Origin: Tubulanus polymorphus
Taxonomy: Eukaryota; Animalia; Nemertea
Direction of reading: 5' to 3'
Assembly (NCBI RefSeq): GCF_964204645.1
Contig: NC_134033.1
Coordinates: 4,364,231-4,428,230, forward strand
Length of the DNA stretch: 64,000 nucleotides
Positions within the stretch are counted from its first letter, which is position 1. Each line of letters begins with the position of its first letter. Below, one piece after another: positions 32,901 to 46,610 of this stretch. The notes below the pieces were generated by a model. The model saw only the letters and a program-made list of their open reading frames with translations. It made no database searches and was not told the origin of the DNA. The position numbers and the translations under genes are program-made.

Positions 32901-34993
32901 TGACAACGTGAGGGTTGTGAAATTGGAGGAACTGATGTGGAATAACAATAGACCGAGATCTACCTATCTAGAGTCGCCGTGACAGAAATGAAACAGCGCG
33001 AAATGGCTTCAAAATGATGACTTCAAAAGTTCGTAGCCACTATAATCTACATATAGAATAATTGTAATAAATCGTTGAATCTAATTCTGTCTTCTGTAAT
33101 GAATTTCTATGTTCGCAATAAAACACTGACGTTCACTGGTACGAAAAAACAACCGCTTCTATTACGAGATTATATGAAATTGAGAGGAGACCTCAAAATA
33201 ACAAATAACGAGTGAATTTGAATCATCAATTAAAAAACCGCGTCTTCTAAAAATACACCCGAGAAATATCGACATCAAAACAAAATCGCGCGCCCAAAAT
33301 CAGCTCAAATACCAATGAAATAATTCACCCATATAAAACCAGAAATCTAGGTTCCACAGGAATAGGGCCCGACCGAAACCGGCTGTCTGAACCTGAAACC
33401 AGTTGTACGTAAGTAAATGTCATTTGTATTTCATAAGAAGTAGAGTTCAACTCTTCAACTCTTTATCAAATCACACTTAACTCACAAACTGTCAAAAATT
33501 TCCAATCAAGTTCAATTGTAAATAAATGCAACTTTATTGTTAAAAAGTTCCACTTAAACTTACATATTCTGTATTTTATATCAACAGCTGAAATTATGTT
33601 TTAATTAAAAGATCTATCAACTAAGTATTCTAACCTAACCTATATATTCGGCCTACCCATTCAGGCTAGGGTTTGGGGGTAGGGAGGAGGATACTGAAAT
33701 TGAGAGACATGATATACAGGTCACACCGGAATTCTTCAGTCACTCTGTCATCATCATTCAACTTAAGGTTCAATCTACTGTGACTAGGGGATCTTGATCT
33801 TCTCACTGAAGTAGAACATACAGGCCGCACCTGAATCGGGCCACTCTGTTGTGTGCTGGGGGTGAAGACACGTACTCTGTGGCCCAGTCTTCTGGGGTCT
33901 TGTCTCAGCGATGACCCTGAAATTGTCATGTTTATTTCAAGTAAAATATTTACATAAAAGGCGTTGTCTTATAAAACAATACATTTGAAAAATCTGAAAT
34001 TCTGTAAAAATAAAAAAAAACCTGAAAATAGAGAGAAACCCTGGAATAAAAGAAGCATGAAATACAGGAACATGAAATAAAGATATGAGGCATAAGTAAT
34101 AAACAAACTGCTATTTCTATCTGTAGACCCAGAGACCCACAGGACCCTGACGTAAATAGCACCCTATTTACTAATTAAAGCATTTTATTTAAAATTGTAT
34201 TAATATTCATGCATTTCTATAACTTACTAACTCACCGAGTAAGTTCCTAAACTAATTAAACCTATAAAACATAATTTCGACTGTTAATGTTTTTCTAACT
34301 TACAATTTATCCAATCCTGTGTGTGTAATGTATGAATCCAATGATAATCCTTGAGTCAATTTGAATCCTTGTGTTTTTGATAACAGTTTTTTTTTAGCAC
34401 AGTTTATATCAATCCAGAACTAGTTTGAGCGCGATTTCATTCCAAATAAATCCTGAACAATAATACAATTCAAATTCCATTTAATTTCCAGTAACGGCTC
34501 AGTTTTTGAGAACGGTTTATCTTTCGTCCATCCAGAATACATCCTGATATGTTCACAAGAGGGGTCTGCTTGTTTTACGGGAGACAGTTTGAGCACCTCT
34601 GTCCAGACTGGTAAACCATACACCATCGCGATAACCTCTAGGTGTAAACATATACAAGACACCCACTTGTAATAATCTGTGCGAACGACAAGAATTGTCG
34701 AACACAATGAAGTTTCATATTTCATATTATCTAACTATTGGGGTCACTGGTCATAATCCATCTTCGCTCTATAAACTGCGCGGCGACTCTAGTGAAGAAA
34801 TCAATCTATTCTGAAATGCATGAAGTTTATATCGGTATAAATCATAAATCTCTGATAGCAAAATGATTTAATTTGAAAATTGAATTATTAAAATTGCCGT
34901 TAAAACCAGCTTCCAAAACTTCCTCATTAATGATTGGACGCATAATTAGTCATACTCGTCGATGATTGGCTAATTTGTACGAAATATGCATAA
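32901..34993 (+). repeat. Longest copy of local ~2-kb repeat R
   Basis: Collinear with 57033-59040; parts also at 18909-19637 and 6643-7667. Confidence 0.88.
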
Positions 34994-35137
34994 ACTGGAT
35001 GATTTACGTAAGTTCTCAGCGGACCCGATATTTACGCGGGAACCTTACAAATGGTTCCACCTTCTTAGGAATAAAAGTTCCATCACTTCTGTGAAAATCC
35101 ACCCTCCGAAGACATGGCTGACTTCAGCCCCGGAAAT

Positions 35138-35804
35138 CCAGGAAGAAAGACACTGAATATTTGGATGGATGAAAGCTGTGGGTACTGGAGTGTGTAATGG
35201 GTAGTGTAGTGCGATCTGTGTGCATTTGTGGCCAGCACACCGATCACATTTTTCATTGGGGTTTGGTCCAGAACTCACGAGATTTTCAACAACACGGAAG
35301 TAACGTGTAATAAATGATGACTTGAATTGCATGACTACCTACCACCCCTCATTATTGTTGGAAAACTAAACGTTCTGCACTGACTAAAAATTAGTAATAA
35401 TAATTAATAAAATTTTAGAAATGGCCAGAATTTTAACTAAGGTTCCATCTCATTTTTATTTTACAATTGCGATTGGTATAATTTTTTTTTTAAAGGCCGT
35501 TATGGCTTCGTATATCGTCTGCAATTCACTGCAAATAGTTACGCAACTACGCACGTGTTTTTGGCAGCTGTACACTCAATCGGCACCGTTCGTGACTAGC
35601 TTCACTGTGGAATTATCATTAATCAACATCGCCATATCACATCATCAACTTATATTGTGCCTTAAAACCCTAACAGCCGACCTTAATTGAAATGCACACA
35701 CGATTTCTATCATTGAAAATTGAGAGAGTGGCCATGTTTGTGTTCTGCTGCTTCGCGTAAATCCCGCGCAGTGGCGCAACCGCGCGGAGTGGGGCTGATA
35801 CGTC
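35138..35804 (-). repeat. ~670-bp repeat, inverted copy of 51614-52286
   Basis: Shared MQFKSSFITRYFRVVENL reading on opposite strands, and nucleotide-level reverse complementarity throughout. Confidence 0.9.
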
Positions 35805-36057
35805 TAGCGGCAATATCGTTCTTGACTCCTTGAAAGGAATTGTCGCCCATAGGGCTGATCAGGTCAGGAAGGTCCGCTGATTTTTTCATCTAATAAATTT
35901 CACATTTTTATCTTCCTCCATTTGCTTATCTATAACACGAGGATATATTTACTCTTTTATCGATCCATCTAAATCTGTTAAACTTCCTCAACCAAAGCGA
36001 TTGTTTTGGCTATGTATATACGGGTATAGGTGAATCAATCCTTTCTATATCACGACG

Positions 36058-39000
36058 ATGAAGACGCGTCTGTTCTTTATTATCTGCACAGTTTTGTTGC
36101 AACTGGGAAATTTATACATTACACAAACATCTGGAGCTGAAAGTAAGTTACTGCAGCAGCCATTACTAGACTTTGTGATTATATTTCAGTCAGATTTGCG
36201 AATTCGATGACGTCAGCTGTTTAATAATAGATTTTCTACAGGCCCTAAATGCAACCTGACAAAACAACAAACTATAAACACATCTGGTTGACTTAATTTC
36301 GCATGAAGTTTGTATCTTGATGTCTGGTTTGATAAAAAACGAGTCGCTCATATAATCACCTCACTAACCAGGGGCGGAGTCAGACGTTTGAGTAGAGGGG
36401 TCAAGTGCAGTTTTTTCCCAGGTATCTCTTATATATTTCAATGAAAAATACATTCATAAATTAACCGTGTGCAGTAATTTCCGGCAGACGCCGCGAAACA
36501 GAAATAGATAAAGATTTGAATCGTGGTTTATTTCATCATTAATATGATTGATGTTTATATTCATTTGTTTCAGCAATTTACAGGACGCCTCATTCTGCTC
36601 GAGATGCAAAACCCGACAATAAAATGCAAGGAGAAACGATTCGATATACTTGTAAAATAATTGGCGGAAATTCTAAAGTATCATTCCAAGAGAAGAGAAA
36701 AGGTTCGGAACAATGGTTAACAGTTCCAGACGACCAGCTTCGCAGAACTAACGACAAACAGAATCATGTTGAGTTGGTTGAGCTAAGATTCCGAGCAGAT
36801 TTCAAACTACACAATGGATCTTCATTTAGATGTCTTATAAATGAAAGCCCAACAGATCCGGAACCTAATCAGTTTGATCTGATCGTAGTTAAACGAACTG
36901 GTAAGTAACCGTTTGAGTTGCTTATTGAAATAATCAAATAATCTAGAGCATTAACTTGCATTCTTGGTTTTCCTAGAAATATCATATAGTCAAATTGAGC
37001 TGATAAAATGTCTGATATCTGGTGTTTGTAGAGTTCGTTTTTAGCCCATTTTGGACTTTAGTCCCAGCGGGCTAGTGCGTTCACTTTTCGTCCGTAGACG
37101 GGATCCAGTTATTTTGACGAAGTTTCAAGACTGGCAGCCATTGTTGTTCGCCAAAATCAGCACTTTTTCCACATTTTTCAAGTTTTTAAGGGAAATTTTG
37201 AAGAGACTTTTATCAATTATCGTGGTCTTTCGTAAATGTTTTCATCCCCCAAAGGGCCCATCAGCACGAGAAAAATTTGGCCGATAGGACTCAAGATGGT
37301 CGTCCTCTGACCTAGGCGCTACAAATATCAATCGATGTAGATTTTGATTGTGGTTAGTTCCATCATTAAATGATTGATCTCACTATCAGAAATAATCTGA
37401 ACACGAAGCATGGGAGGGGTTCGATAGCCTCTAACACCCCACCCCCCCCCCCCTCCTTGGATTTTCTTCTGATAAGTTTTTCGAAGTTTGACCGAGTACT
37501 GTGCTGGGGAAGGCTATTTAATGTGTACTGTGCTATATATTTATATTCATTCGTTTCAGAAATCATTCCAATGCCAGATCTCAAAGGAAACCCCGACAGT
37601 AAAACACAAGGAGAAATTGTAAATTACACTTGTAAAATTGTCGGAAATTTTAATGCAACATTAACATTCCAAGAGAAGAGAAGAGCTTCGGAACAATGGG
37701 AAACAATTCCAGACGACAAGCTTCACAGAGCTAGCAAAAAGAATGTCCATTCCGTTGAGCTAAAATTCCAAGCAGATTTCAAACTGCACAATGGAACGTC
37801 TTTTAGATGTCTAGTAAAGGAAAGCCCAACAGATCCCGAACCTATTCAGTTTGATCTAATCGTACTAGTTAATCGAACAGGTAAGTAACTGTTTGTATAG
37901 CTAATTGAAATAGTTAAACAACTTAGAACATTAAAACTTGCTTTCTTGGTTTTCCTACAAATATCAAAGAGTCAAATTGTGCCGATAAAATGTCCAATGC
38001 CTGGTGTTTGTTGTTTCATCCGTAGTTTCATTTTCTTTTAAAAATATCCCTGGTCAAGTGCTGAACACATGCGGAGAATGGACGACCAATTTTTGAAAGT
38101 ATTCTTTTAAAGAATCTCATGTAAATATCATCTGTTTCGACATCGAATTTACTTTTGTTTTCACGCATTATTTTCGTTGGACCGCGGTTTGTTGCCTCCT
38201 CGTTGATGTATCTATTCCGTCCGTTCATCTCCGTACAAGAATAAATTTTGTGTCACCATTTTACGGCTCTCAGATTTAAGAGTTAGATTTCGTTGATTTC
38301 ACTGTCTGGGCCCAGTTCCACAGTTGTGAATTAAGAGTTGACTCAGAGTTAACTCATTGAAAATGAACTAAATTAACTCAAGTTAACGCTAACTCAGAAC
38401 TGTGGAACTGGATGCTGAAGCACTGTTGTCTGACTGGCCACGCAGGAAGTATTCTTTATTTGGCGCCGCATTCATAACGGATCTCATTTCGTGTTTGTTG
38501 TTCATTTTATGCGAAAAGGCACATTGGTTTACAAATCAGCTATTTTGCGTTCCGGGTACTATACTTAGTTTACGCGAAGATCCAGCATAAGGTTTTCTAG
38601 AATTTTTTGCACAGTCAAAAGAGTGAAAAAATTGCCTAACATCATTAACTTCATCAGGTGACGGGTGGAAACCAATGGCTGAAAAATGGCTAAAAGCTGG
38701 GTGGGTCTAGGAGGAGGTATGACATCATGTGACCAGTGATAGTTAATTACTATTAGGCGTTACTACGGTGTTAAATGCATATTTGTTCATTACGGAAAAC
38801 ACTTTTTTCCAGGCTACTTTGAAAGCAAAACCACTAGCAGTGAAAGTTACTTTCAAAATGTAGTTTTTTTCTCTCATTTCAGATGATTCAAGTTCCACTC
38901 AAATCCCGACGACTGAAACCACTACATTCGGGTCAGTATTCATTTCGAGCTAAAAATGTCCGACGGAAAAGGTTCCTAGACGATGTACGGGTTCCTGTTG

Positions 39001-40789
39001 TTTCGTAACAACGGCTGATACTAGACTACGTATCACACTCTGCTTTGCGGTCTATGTGTTTTGTGAATTAGCTTGATTCGATATCTCGCTTGTCTCTGGT
39101 TTCCGAATAAGAATCACGTGCTGGTTGGTGTATTCATAATGCTGATGTTTAGATCTGTTGGGGTCAATGAAACTGGAATTGTAATAAAAACTGGGACATT
39201 CACTAATTATTCATGTCGTTTTCTACCATCAGCTGAAAATTTGGGAATAAAGGCAATCGAAAAATATGTGACATCGATGCGCTACCACCAGCCCTGCTTT
39301 TGTTCAATTCTTCGCTGGTAATTTGTTTTTTGATTGTAAATTTCGTCCTTTTCATTCAGAGTTCGCCTGGTTACTACTGAAGAAAAGTTTCGCTCGAAAA
39401 TCAAGGTCATTATGAATTTAACTTATAAGATCAAACTTTCATGTGGAATATAGCCCCCGGATCCATCGCACAATTAATACCCACTTAACGTGGGGTTAAA
39501 CAAAACAAACTTTGGAATAATTATATACATAAAATATAATTTTCATCACCTTAATATTTATTTATATATTCATTTTTTTTCTCAGACTGACCCAATCGCC
39601 CAACCTAAACTGGGCCACACTGACCGCACCACACATGACTGGACCATGACGATAGTTTACATCATTAGTGGAGTTATCGGTTTCCTCCTCATCATCGTTA
39701 TTATCGTAGTCATCGTTTGCAGGTATTTTACTAAACTAACACGGTAGATTTCTGAAGAGATTATAACTATGTCTGATTCGACCGAAGTTAGGTCGATTGT
39801 TGTCGTTAGTTCCAAGTCGAGTTTGTTGGTGACGTCATATATAAATGATAACGTAACAGCGCGCGTGTCTACTTACTTCGATTAGAACATACACGACAAA
39901 TGTTGTTATTATATTCTGGGCTTTCCCGACAAAATGGCTGATAACCAAAAAAAACTAGTCGCATTTGCTTTTTGTCACAACAAAATAGCCTATAAGGAAC
40001 GTGATAAAGCATTTTGATTTTATAATTGGTCCGAAAACAGGTTTTCGTTAGGTAGGCCTACTGGCAGTACATTAAACTGTTCAAATTCCAATAAAAAATG
40101 TCGAAGTTCCAATTTTCTCTAATTATTCTTCAAAGTAATGACGACTTTGATAAACTCATAGGAATTGCAGGGACGGATCAATACACGAGCTTTTTATGCG
40201 GAGTTAACTCTTCTTTTCAAGAAGTTTTTCTAGATGCGGGCTTTGCAGTAAATGATCTGAACAGTATGATCTCTGATCAAAATCTTACAATATTTCAACA
40301 TTTCTTTCTCGCTCGATTTCTTCAGCGCAAAACTACCCATTTTTCAGGCGCAGGCGACTTTCCAGTGGAGATCGTGTGGACACTACACCCGAGTCTACAA
40401 CACCGCAGCAACAACTCGAGATGGTGCATGGAGTCAACGACGAGTTGAATGATGTCATAGATTCGGGTAACGAAACTGACATACCACACACCAGCAATCA
40501 GAAAGTTACTACAGATCCGTGCGTGGATACTGAGGCCACAAACAACAAATATACGACTCCTTATATGGATATGGGAGCAGGGGGAGACACGCATAGAGAT
40601 CAGTTCTCGAATCCCGAACCTTTCGTGACGTATCATCAGTTAACGGAAGATACTGGTGAACCTGTGAAAGATGATATTCAACATTATTCTTACGCTTCTG
40701 TTGAATATGCTCATGATCAATTTCCCTTAAGGGCTGCCACTGGACAAACAGTAACTGATTGTACATACACAAAACATACTAGGTTTTAA
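36058..40789 (+). CDS. Type I membrane receptor with two Ig-like domains, Ser/Thr stalk, TM and Tyr-motif cytoplasmic tail (~468 aa)
   Basis: Exons 36058-36142 (signal peptide), 36574-36900 and 37560-37880 (phase-1 Ig exons, YTC...FRC), 38883-38931, 39360-39405, 39586-39722 (TM) and 40348-40789. Total 1407 nt in frame; CRRRRL follows the TM. The small exons are less certain. Confidence 0.75.
38312..38411. mobile_element. Palindromic MITE-like element (intronic)
   Basis: 14-bp terminal inverted repeat CCAGTTCCACAGTT...AACTGTGGAACTGG with internal GAGTTAACTC palindrome. Confidence 0.65.
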
Positions 40790-40803
40790 TATATCGTTTC
40801 AAT

Positions 40804-41005
40804 TGTTACAACATCTGCTAAATGAAATCGACTAACTACTTTATCGCAACAATAATTTATTTCACATTTAGCATATGATAATCAACCAGGTGTCTAGTTT
40901 GGTTTGAGTCTCTGACTTGTGCAGCAGACGGATGGGGCGTCAGGTCCGTCCACATCACTGCACCACGCAACTGATGAACTGGGCTGTCCATAACATTCTC
41001 CCTTT
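40804..41005 (-). mobile_element. Probable 3' LTR (192 bp, 40804-40995) with adjacent polypurine tract
   Basis: TGTTA...TAACA termini; on the minus strand AAAGGGAGAA directly precedes TGTTATG, and there is an internal AATAAA. No second LTR seen. Confidence 0.5.
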
Positions 41006-42144
41006 AAAAAGGACATCACCGAGAAATATCGTTAATCTTTAGCAAATGTTTACTTTGGTCGAATTATATTCAAACTGTAAATTGAAATTCCAATGATTAA
41101 TCTTCAAAAATTAATCTTAAAATCGTTACCTTAAATAGAGTAAGCATGAAGTCAAATAGTCATTTGTAGCTTAACTAGATTTTTTTTAGCAAGTATGAGC
41201 TTTGTCGAAAATTTGGTAATGTTTATGAGACAAGGAATGCTTTACGTAGATAAAAAGGATTTTCAACAAGGATAGACACAAAATAGATATAATTGTCGAA
41301 CAGATATGTAAATAGATATAATATAGTATTATGTACAATCAGACTTTGTGCTGAAAAACCATCGTGAAAATTACAGCTGGCATCAACTGTTTTTAACCAA
41401 TTCCAAAAGAAAAGAAAGATAAAGTTAGAAAAGTCACTTTTTATGTTAATAGTTCATTGGTTATCTCGCTTGCCGCAAACTCTTAACGTTTTTGGCATCG
41501 TTTGACAACTATGACGTCATGCCAATGCTAGTTAAATTGTTCGAAAGTCGTAGTAAAAATAACGCCGACGCTTCTGATTTTCGTAGTAACTACAAATTGA
41601 AACTCCGTTTACGTTAAATATTAGACACAGCTGAAAATGACTAAACATAATGTTTCGATTATCCCCATCAACAAAGCGTCGCCAAATTTATGATTTAATG
41701 GTCCACAAAAGTTATTTCATCACATATTTGCTCGTTAATTGCTACCAACATGCATGTATAACTGGCTTAGATTCAGAAATCTAAAAATGAAACTTCTGGG
41801 TATAACGAGGTCATGCGCCAGAATGTCAGTAGATGGCGCCACGTAAATGTAGATATAGTCGTTCTGGGAGACCCAGAAATAATTTTGAAAAAATAAACGG
41901 CAACCCGAATTCGATTTATTCTATCACGCCGTAACTCGTAAGTTCAAACACGGTTCACAACTCGAAAGTAAAATGGATCATGATAGCGACACGAATACGA
42001 ATACGCTCCAAACATTTCCATGGTAAGAGGATGGAAAGACGGTACTTATTACATAAACGGTAATTAAAGCATTTAAAACTTCATAAACTGGACTCACATT
42101 CTACCGCAGAGGTCTCAACATCTACCGCAGAGATTCAGAATTAC

Positions 42145-42284
42145 GATTTAGACCGGACCTGGTACCAATTTCTGTCCACACACATACGTAGATTCAGACT
42201 GGTCCAAAATTTGGACCGAACCTGGTTCCTCTTTTAGAACCAAATTTAGACCGGTCTAAATTTCGTCTTGTGAACGCGCCCTTA
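42145..42284. mobile_element. MITE-like palindromic remnant
   Basis: Repeated TTTAGACCGG/GGTCC units, including the 22-bp palindrome AAATTTAGACCGGTCTAAATTT. Confidence 0.45.
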
Positions 42285-43829
42285 GAATAAACCGAATTAG
42301 TCTTGGGTCTAACGACAACCGTTCCTGTTTATACTCCCAAGTAGGCATTTGGTCGGGAGCACTCGGAGATCTTCAGTGATGATAAAGAAATGCTTCGAAA
42401 ATATTAACAGTAAGAAAAAGTATACAACGACAAAAACAATATTTATTATTTCCACAGAAAATCCGTGGACACACATTTCATGGGGTCGTGGGTGGTCGTG
42501 TACGTACGGATGTGGATACGTAATGTCCTATCTATATGAGGTACAACCAAAAATTATCACGATTGATCAGGATTCCCAATTGAGATTCACTTGGGGTAAA
42601 TTGATGAATATGTACGAACAAACTACATTTTAACAATTGACTATACCACTATATATTTGACTACAAGTAACGTATGAATATATCTATATCAGACTATTTT
42701 ACACTACTAGGCTACTATATCTGTTAGGCCACACAAAGAAATACCCTAGTTTCTCATCATATTTTTATCTGGAAAGTGACGGAGCCGGGGGAATTTTATT
42801 TTTATTCCTTTTTTCGAATGAAAAAGTTGAAATAAAAAGCTAAACCTGAGACTTATAGAACAGACGCGGGAGGGAAGTTTTTTTACCAATGCCAAACAAA
42901 TACCATTAAATGCAAATAGAACATATGCCAAAAAAACTTTATTTAGAATTAAGTAGCTCCCAAAAACCTATAAAATCAAACTATATCGACTCATTTAATG
43001 GAAACTAATTTTCGCAGGTTTCACGCTTCCTCGTAATAAGTAAAATGAAACAAACCTGGCGCTGTTTTTGTCACCGTAAATGTTGATTACATGGACGTCG
43101 AGGATGAGCATATTAACGCCCGCAGAAAAAAATACAATGGACACTATACAGCAACGCAGGCGAGCGGGTTTTAATTTTTTATCAAAAAACGCTTTGTCTT
43201 TTTAGTTTTTATTAGGGATTTTTTCATGGTGTGGGTGGCATTTGACTTTCTTGAGAAACTAGTTTGTCGTGTAGTCTTAGACTACCAACCGATGACTACT
43301 ACGATCAACGTTCGTTATAACGCCAACATACTTAATGTGGTCGCTCACGTAACGCCATCGTGTTTCAGAGAACAAATCTGCCAAACCCAACACAAACGAA
43401 AATGCTATTCTGTATAAGATGTCAATTTTGTTATAATGTGGTGTGTTCAATTGGTCCCAATAGTGGCATTTAAAAGGACTTCTACCGTATATCCATACGA
43501 CACTACTTTACGTATTTGACTACATCTATATTATGAACATAACTATAATGAATCACATTTGACTAATGCCCTACCGTAGCAATTTGTTTCGAAGTTCGAC
43601 GATAAGTAGATACTGTTTCTTTTTTATTTGTGTCTACATTTTCCCGGGGACTATAAAACGAATTTCGTTTTAGAGTCCATGATTTTCCGAAGCAAGCTTT
43701 CTATGAGTACATTTAAACGACTGTAAGACATCTCTAGAGAATGCTGAGCAGCAGGTTTGACTAGTTCGCCATCTAGAGGTAATACAAGTTATGAATCTGT
43801 CTTCAGTCTGGTAACCACGCCCATACCTA

Positions 43830-45758
43830 TTAGATTACATCGTCCCGGGCATTGACGTGTCCCGGTTTGTTGACGATAAAAGCCAAGAAAACCAGAAAAC
43901 CTTGACACGAATTCAACAAATTGAAGAAATACCAGAGATAATCGTTATTTACGAACGACGCTACGAACCCGACCACCCACGTGACCCCGGTCACTAAAGC
44001 CATCCGGTAGAAAATGAATGTGGTCGTTCTCTTCTGTTTGGCGTTAGATGAAGAAGTGGACATCGCGGAAAATGACCGGTGAATGCAGTAAACTGTAGCT
44101 ACGAATAGAATTATACTGACCAGATCGATAATACCGACCGGTAGAACGAACGCCATCAATAGGGCGAAACTGGAACTAAACCAACAAGTAACGGGGCTAC
44201 CGTAAACCGCACCGGAGTACTGAGTGGTATCGGTGTTGTGTAGGACGATACAGGGTCCGACAATGAGGAGTGGAGAAAGCCAAACTGATAGTAGATAGTA
44301 CAGTAACATCTTAGGAGAATCGACCGGTTTACGAATAGCAGAAAATAGTGAACATATGAACAGAAACAGAGGCCATTGAAGCGAAAACAACCATCGAAAT
44401 ATAGTGTTTAACAGCGGCCATCGACACGCATAGTAATCGATTATCAACGCCGATCAGGCTGGAAATATGAAGAGTTTGAGCCAGGCGAGAGTTATACAGA
44501 GATTGACGATGAGTTTACCGGGAAGAGTTCGCAGATCGGGAATATTCAAATAGATTACGACCGTTATCACGAGTCTAATGACGGACAGACAGTTACAGGT
44601 GAAGGTTATCAGAAAATCGCGATCGGAAAATAACGAACTGACCGTTATTTTGAATTTTGATTTGTTTTGTCGTCTGCAAACCATGGCTCCTGTACTAGAA
44701 TACACTCGCATGCAGTCGATGATTTAAGTGGAACATTTACTCGATTTTACTATCTGCGTTTTTCCGTCGTCTCTGATAATTTGGAAAATTCTGTAATATT
44801 TGAAAGACGGGTTGGACTGGGCTAGAAAAAAGTTACTTCCGGTTTGGGTCATATTATTTTCTACGTCTGCCTCAGTATCGATGATGTCACAGCGAGTATT
44901 CTTAGTCAAACTCGTAGTCGACAACTCGTAACCGGAAATGGTCACCAGACTGCCATCATTACCGAATTGACACGTGATCATCGCCTCATATTCGCTCAAG
45001 ATTGATTCCATAGTGACGTCACCGAGAAACTCTATGTGATTGGTAAGCGTGAAGTCGCGTCTGTACAATGACGATTCATTGCTTAAAGCTGATAAACTTC
45101 CAATTTCTATAATCTTTGATTTATCGACATCGCCGCAGACTTTCACTTTGAAATACATCAATTCAAACCCGAAGTTTTTCATAACAAATCGCTGAGTTTC
45201 GTTAAAAGTAATAATGAAAGAGAAATACACGCGTACGGATATTCTAGGCCATTCGTTCTCAACAAGCTGACAGACGGCGTTGTCTTCGTCGGTACCCAGG
45301 AGCCGGTATCCCCGTAAACAGCCGTATCCGCGACATCTACGCGTCTCCTGGTCAAATATTTCGGTTGTTTCCGAGCAGAGAAAGTCTTTCGGCGCCCACG
45401 TGATGACGGGCATTCCCGCAGTTCGAAATTCTACGCCGTTCGCGAGACTGAAATCGAGTAAGATGGTCAAACCGAATGTTTTTTGGCCGGTTAGATCATA
45501 GGTACAAACTAAGGTCGATTCGTTTAAAACGCTGTCACTCAGTTCACATTTCATACAGTAATAATTACGGTATGTTTTCATCCGTCCACCGAATACGGCT
45601 GATATCGGGTTAAAAACCCGTCTGCATTTAGACCTTAAGTCTTGATCTGCTGACTCGTTGCAGTGTGACGTCACGGGTAGGTTACTGCGCATGCACGGCT
45701 GTAAAACAATGCAAACTTGCCTGTGATGCTCGTAAGATAAACGACAATCTTCGGGCAT
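43830..45758 (-). pseudogene. Methuselah/adhesion-like (family B-type) GPCR with Cys-rich ectodomain; multiple frameshifts
   Basis: YRNYYCMKC ectodomain; LRTLPGKLIVNLC (ICL1/TM2); LCVSMAAVKHY (TM3, in a shifted frame); CWF, TWVVGF, NSCQGFLVFLAF (TM7). Split over at least three frames. Confidence 0.8.
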
Positions 45759-46289
45759 ATTCAGAGAATTCTTCGAAAGTGAGATTGTGGGTGAAATAAC
45801 TACAATCCAGACCGAAAATAGACTCGAATATCTACAACCATGATAACCACGCTGCTAGTATCGAGGTTTCTATAAAAATGTACAAAGAACAAGAGACTAA
45901 GAGAGAAAGAACAAGAGATTGCCAAGAGAGCAAAAAATATGTTTTCCATTATTCTTGTTTCTCTCACAACTTCCTTTCAAGGGTGCGTTGCCTTTGGCCT
46001 TTGCTTGACCGTAGTAAAAATACCGTCTCAATTTTTGTTCTGTTTGTGAATATTCTTAACGTACTTTCTTATGAAATGAATTGAAATTAACGAATAGTTT
46101 AATTCAACTTACCGGTGCAGACGATCAGAAGAAGAAGAAATCGACTTACGAAGGATTGGCGCGACATCTCAAACCGATGCACAGAAAAGACTCGACTGCG
46201 AATCGTAAATGAAATTGAGCTGAACGATTCTCAACTTAGATTGATCGTGTTTGGATGAAACAAGACGCTGAATGCGTGAATCAAAAACG

Positions 46290-46610
46290 GTTCGTTGTTT
46301 CAATGGACGTGTGTGATTTTAATGAGCTTTTATACACAAACGTTGAAATGCGCTCAATACTCATCTATATGAACATACATGACAGGTGTAACATTAATTC
46401 AGATATAATTTCACAAGATTCAATAGTAAGAGCTGATCACGCAGGGCGAAACCACATGAATATTTGTATGGGTTGTGATTTACTAATACTAAATGGCAGA
46501 TCTCACGACGACAAAAATTGTGGCAAATACACTTTTCGCCAGCCGAAAGGTAAAAGTGTTATTTATTATGTACTTTTAGGCTTTAATATGATCAGTTTAC
46601 GGAGTCATTT
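46290..46610 (+). mobile_element. Non-LTR retrotransposon (LINE) APE endonuclease remnant
   Basis: C...LLILNGR..DD..GKYTF....GKSVIYY resembles the LINE APE C-terminal motif ILNGR..D..G..T....G.SVIDY. Confidence 0.6.

Noticed and set aside
33666-33929. Conserved 87-aa ORF also at 57737-58000
   Set aside because: Explained by nucleotide identity of repeat R; no domain or splice support.
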